DNA of 64,000 bases from Centroscyllium fabricii. Taxonomy: Eukaryota. The stretch covers positions 27,280,001-27,344,000 of the forward strand of contig JBNRSN020000005.1 in the NCBI GenBank assembly GCA_051313645.2, given 5' to 3'. The position numbers and the translations under genes were made by a program. Within the stretch, counting starts at the first letter, position 1. Each line of letters opens with the position of its first letter. The notes under the pieces are model-generated. The model ran no database searches. It had not been told where the DNA came from and was given only the letters and a program-made list of their open reading frames with translations. Shown here one piece after another: positions 62,462-64,000 of the stretch.

Positions 62462-64000
62462 CCACAGAAGAGAGCGGGGCACAGGAGCAGCGGCGGCGAA
62501 CGGGGCAGCGGGGCACAGGAGCAGCGGCGGCGAACGGGAGCAGCGGGGCGCAGGAGCAGCGGCGGCGAACGGGAGCAGCGGGGCGCAGGAGCAGCGGCGG
62601 CGAAAGGGAGCAGCGGGGCACAGGAGCAGCGGCGGCGCAGGAGCAGCGGCGGCGCACGGGAGGAGCAGAGGCAGCAGCTTCGCGGGCTTTTTTGAAAAGC
62701 CAGAAGAGAGCGGCGCCGAGGAGTCGGACCTGGGGGTAAACAGGAGAGGCGGCAGAGGCATAAAAGGAGCCCGAGGAGGCAGCAAGGCCACCAGAAGAGA
62801 GCGGGGCACAGGAGCAGCGGCGGCAAACGGGGCAGCGGGGCGCAGGAGCAGCGGCGGCGAACGGGAGCAGCGGGGCGCAGGAGCAGCGGCGGCGAACGGG
62901 AGCAGCGGGGCGCAGGAGCAGCGGCGGCGAACGGGAGCAGCGGGGCACAGGAGCAGCGGCGGCGAACGGGAGCAGCGGGGCACAGGAGCAGCGGCGGCGC
63001 AGGAGCAGCGGCGGTGCACGGGAGAAGCAGAGGCAGCAGCTTCGCGGGCTTTTTTGAAAAGCCAGAAGAGAGCGGCGCCGAGGAGTCGGACCTGGGGGGA
63101 AACAGGAGAGGCGGCAGAGGCATAAAAGGAGCCCGAGGAGGCAGCAAGGCCACCAGAAGAGAGCGGGGCACAGGAGCAGCGGCGGCGAACGGGGCAGTGG
63201 GGCGCAGGAGCAGCGGCGGCGAACGGGAGCAGCGGGGCGCAGGAGCAGCGGCGGCGAACGGGAGCAGCGGGGCGCAGGAGCAGCGGCGGCGAACGGGAGC
63301 AGCGGGGCGCAGGAGCAGCGGCGGCGAACGGGAGCAGCGGGGCACAGGAGCAGCGGCGGCGCAGGAGCAGCGGCGGTGCACGGGAGGAGCAGAGGCAGCA
63401 GCTTCGCGGGCTTTTTTGAAAAGCCAGAAGAGAGCGGCGCCGAGGAGTCGGACCTGGGGGGAAATAGGAGAGGCGGCAGAGGCATAAAAGGAGCCCGAGG
63501 AGGCAGCAAGGCCACCAGAAGAGAGCGGGGCACAGGAGCAGCGGCGGCGAACGGGGCAGTGGGGCGCAGGAGCAGCGGCGGCGAACGGGAGCAGCGGGGC
63601 GCAGGAGCAGCGGCGGCGAACGGGAGCAGCGGGGCGCAGGAGCAGCGGCGGCGAACGGGAGCAGCGGGGCGCAGGAGCAGCGGCGGCGAACGGGAGCAGC
63701 GGGGCACAGGAGCAGCGGCGGCGCAGGAGCAGCGGCGGTGCACGGGAGGAGCAGAGGCAGCAGCTTCGCGGGCTTTTTTGAAAAGCCAGAAGAGAGCGGC
63801 GCCGAGGAGTCGGACCTGGGGGGAAATAGGAGAGGCGGCAGAGGCATAAAAGGAGCCCGAGGAGGCAGCAAGGCCACCAGAAGAGAGCGGGGCACAGGAG
63901 CAGCGGCGGCGAACGGGGCAGCGGGCGCAGGAGCAGCGGCGGCGAACGGGAGCAGCGGGGCGCAGGAGCAGCGGCGGCGAACGGGAGCAGCGGGGCGCAG
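62462..64000. repeat. GC-rich higher-order tandem repeat: 362-bp units built from 34-bp subunits, running off the window
   Basis: Landmark cttcgcgggcttttttgaaaagcc recurs every 362 bp; identical ORFs at 63014 and 63376. Confidence 0.92.

Noticed and set aside
62386-63895. ORFs of 150-500 aa
   Set aside because: Translations of the tandem array; no domain recognised.

Overview
Eukaryotic, repeat-dense vertebrate DNA, most likely from a cartilaginous fish (CR1/L2 LINEs, HE1/V-type and Deu-type SINEs, Penelope elements). The window lies inside a minus-strand SMYD3 gene. Three coding exons are recognisable (54151-54258, 47773-47830, 23161-23297), equivalent to mammalian exons 3-5; the rest is intron filled with nested elements. 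These include two near-complete Gypsy LTR retrotransposons, two solo LTRs, many LINE and SINE copies, hammerhead-bearing Penelope palindromes and several MITE families. The main discovery is a pogo/Tigger-like non-autonomous family (TIR CAGGTTGAGCACCG, TA TSD) present in four copies with interchangeable cores. One copy carries the first coding exon and donor of ACTR2. One carries the compact bidirectional promoter with the first coding exons of CYB561D2 and NPRL2. Two carry only minisatellites. A hAT-like element also carries promoter-like cargo. Other oddities are a Gypsy element whose PBS is complementary to its own LTR rather than a tRNA, a retroposed intron-containing tRNA-Arg(TCG), and several templated inverted duplications. 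Gene identities come from manual translation and recalled orthologue sequences; no database search was run.
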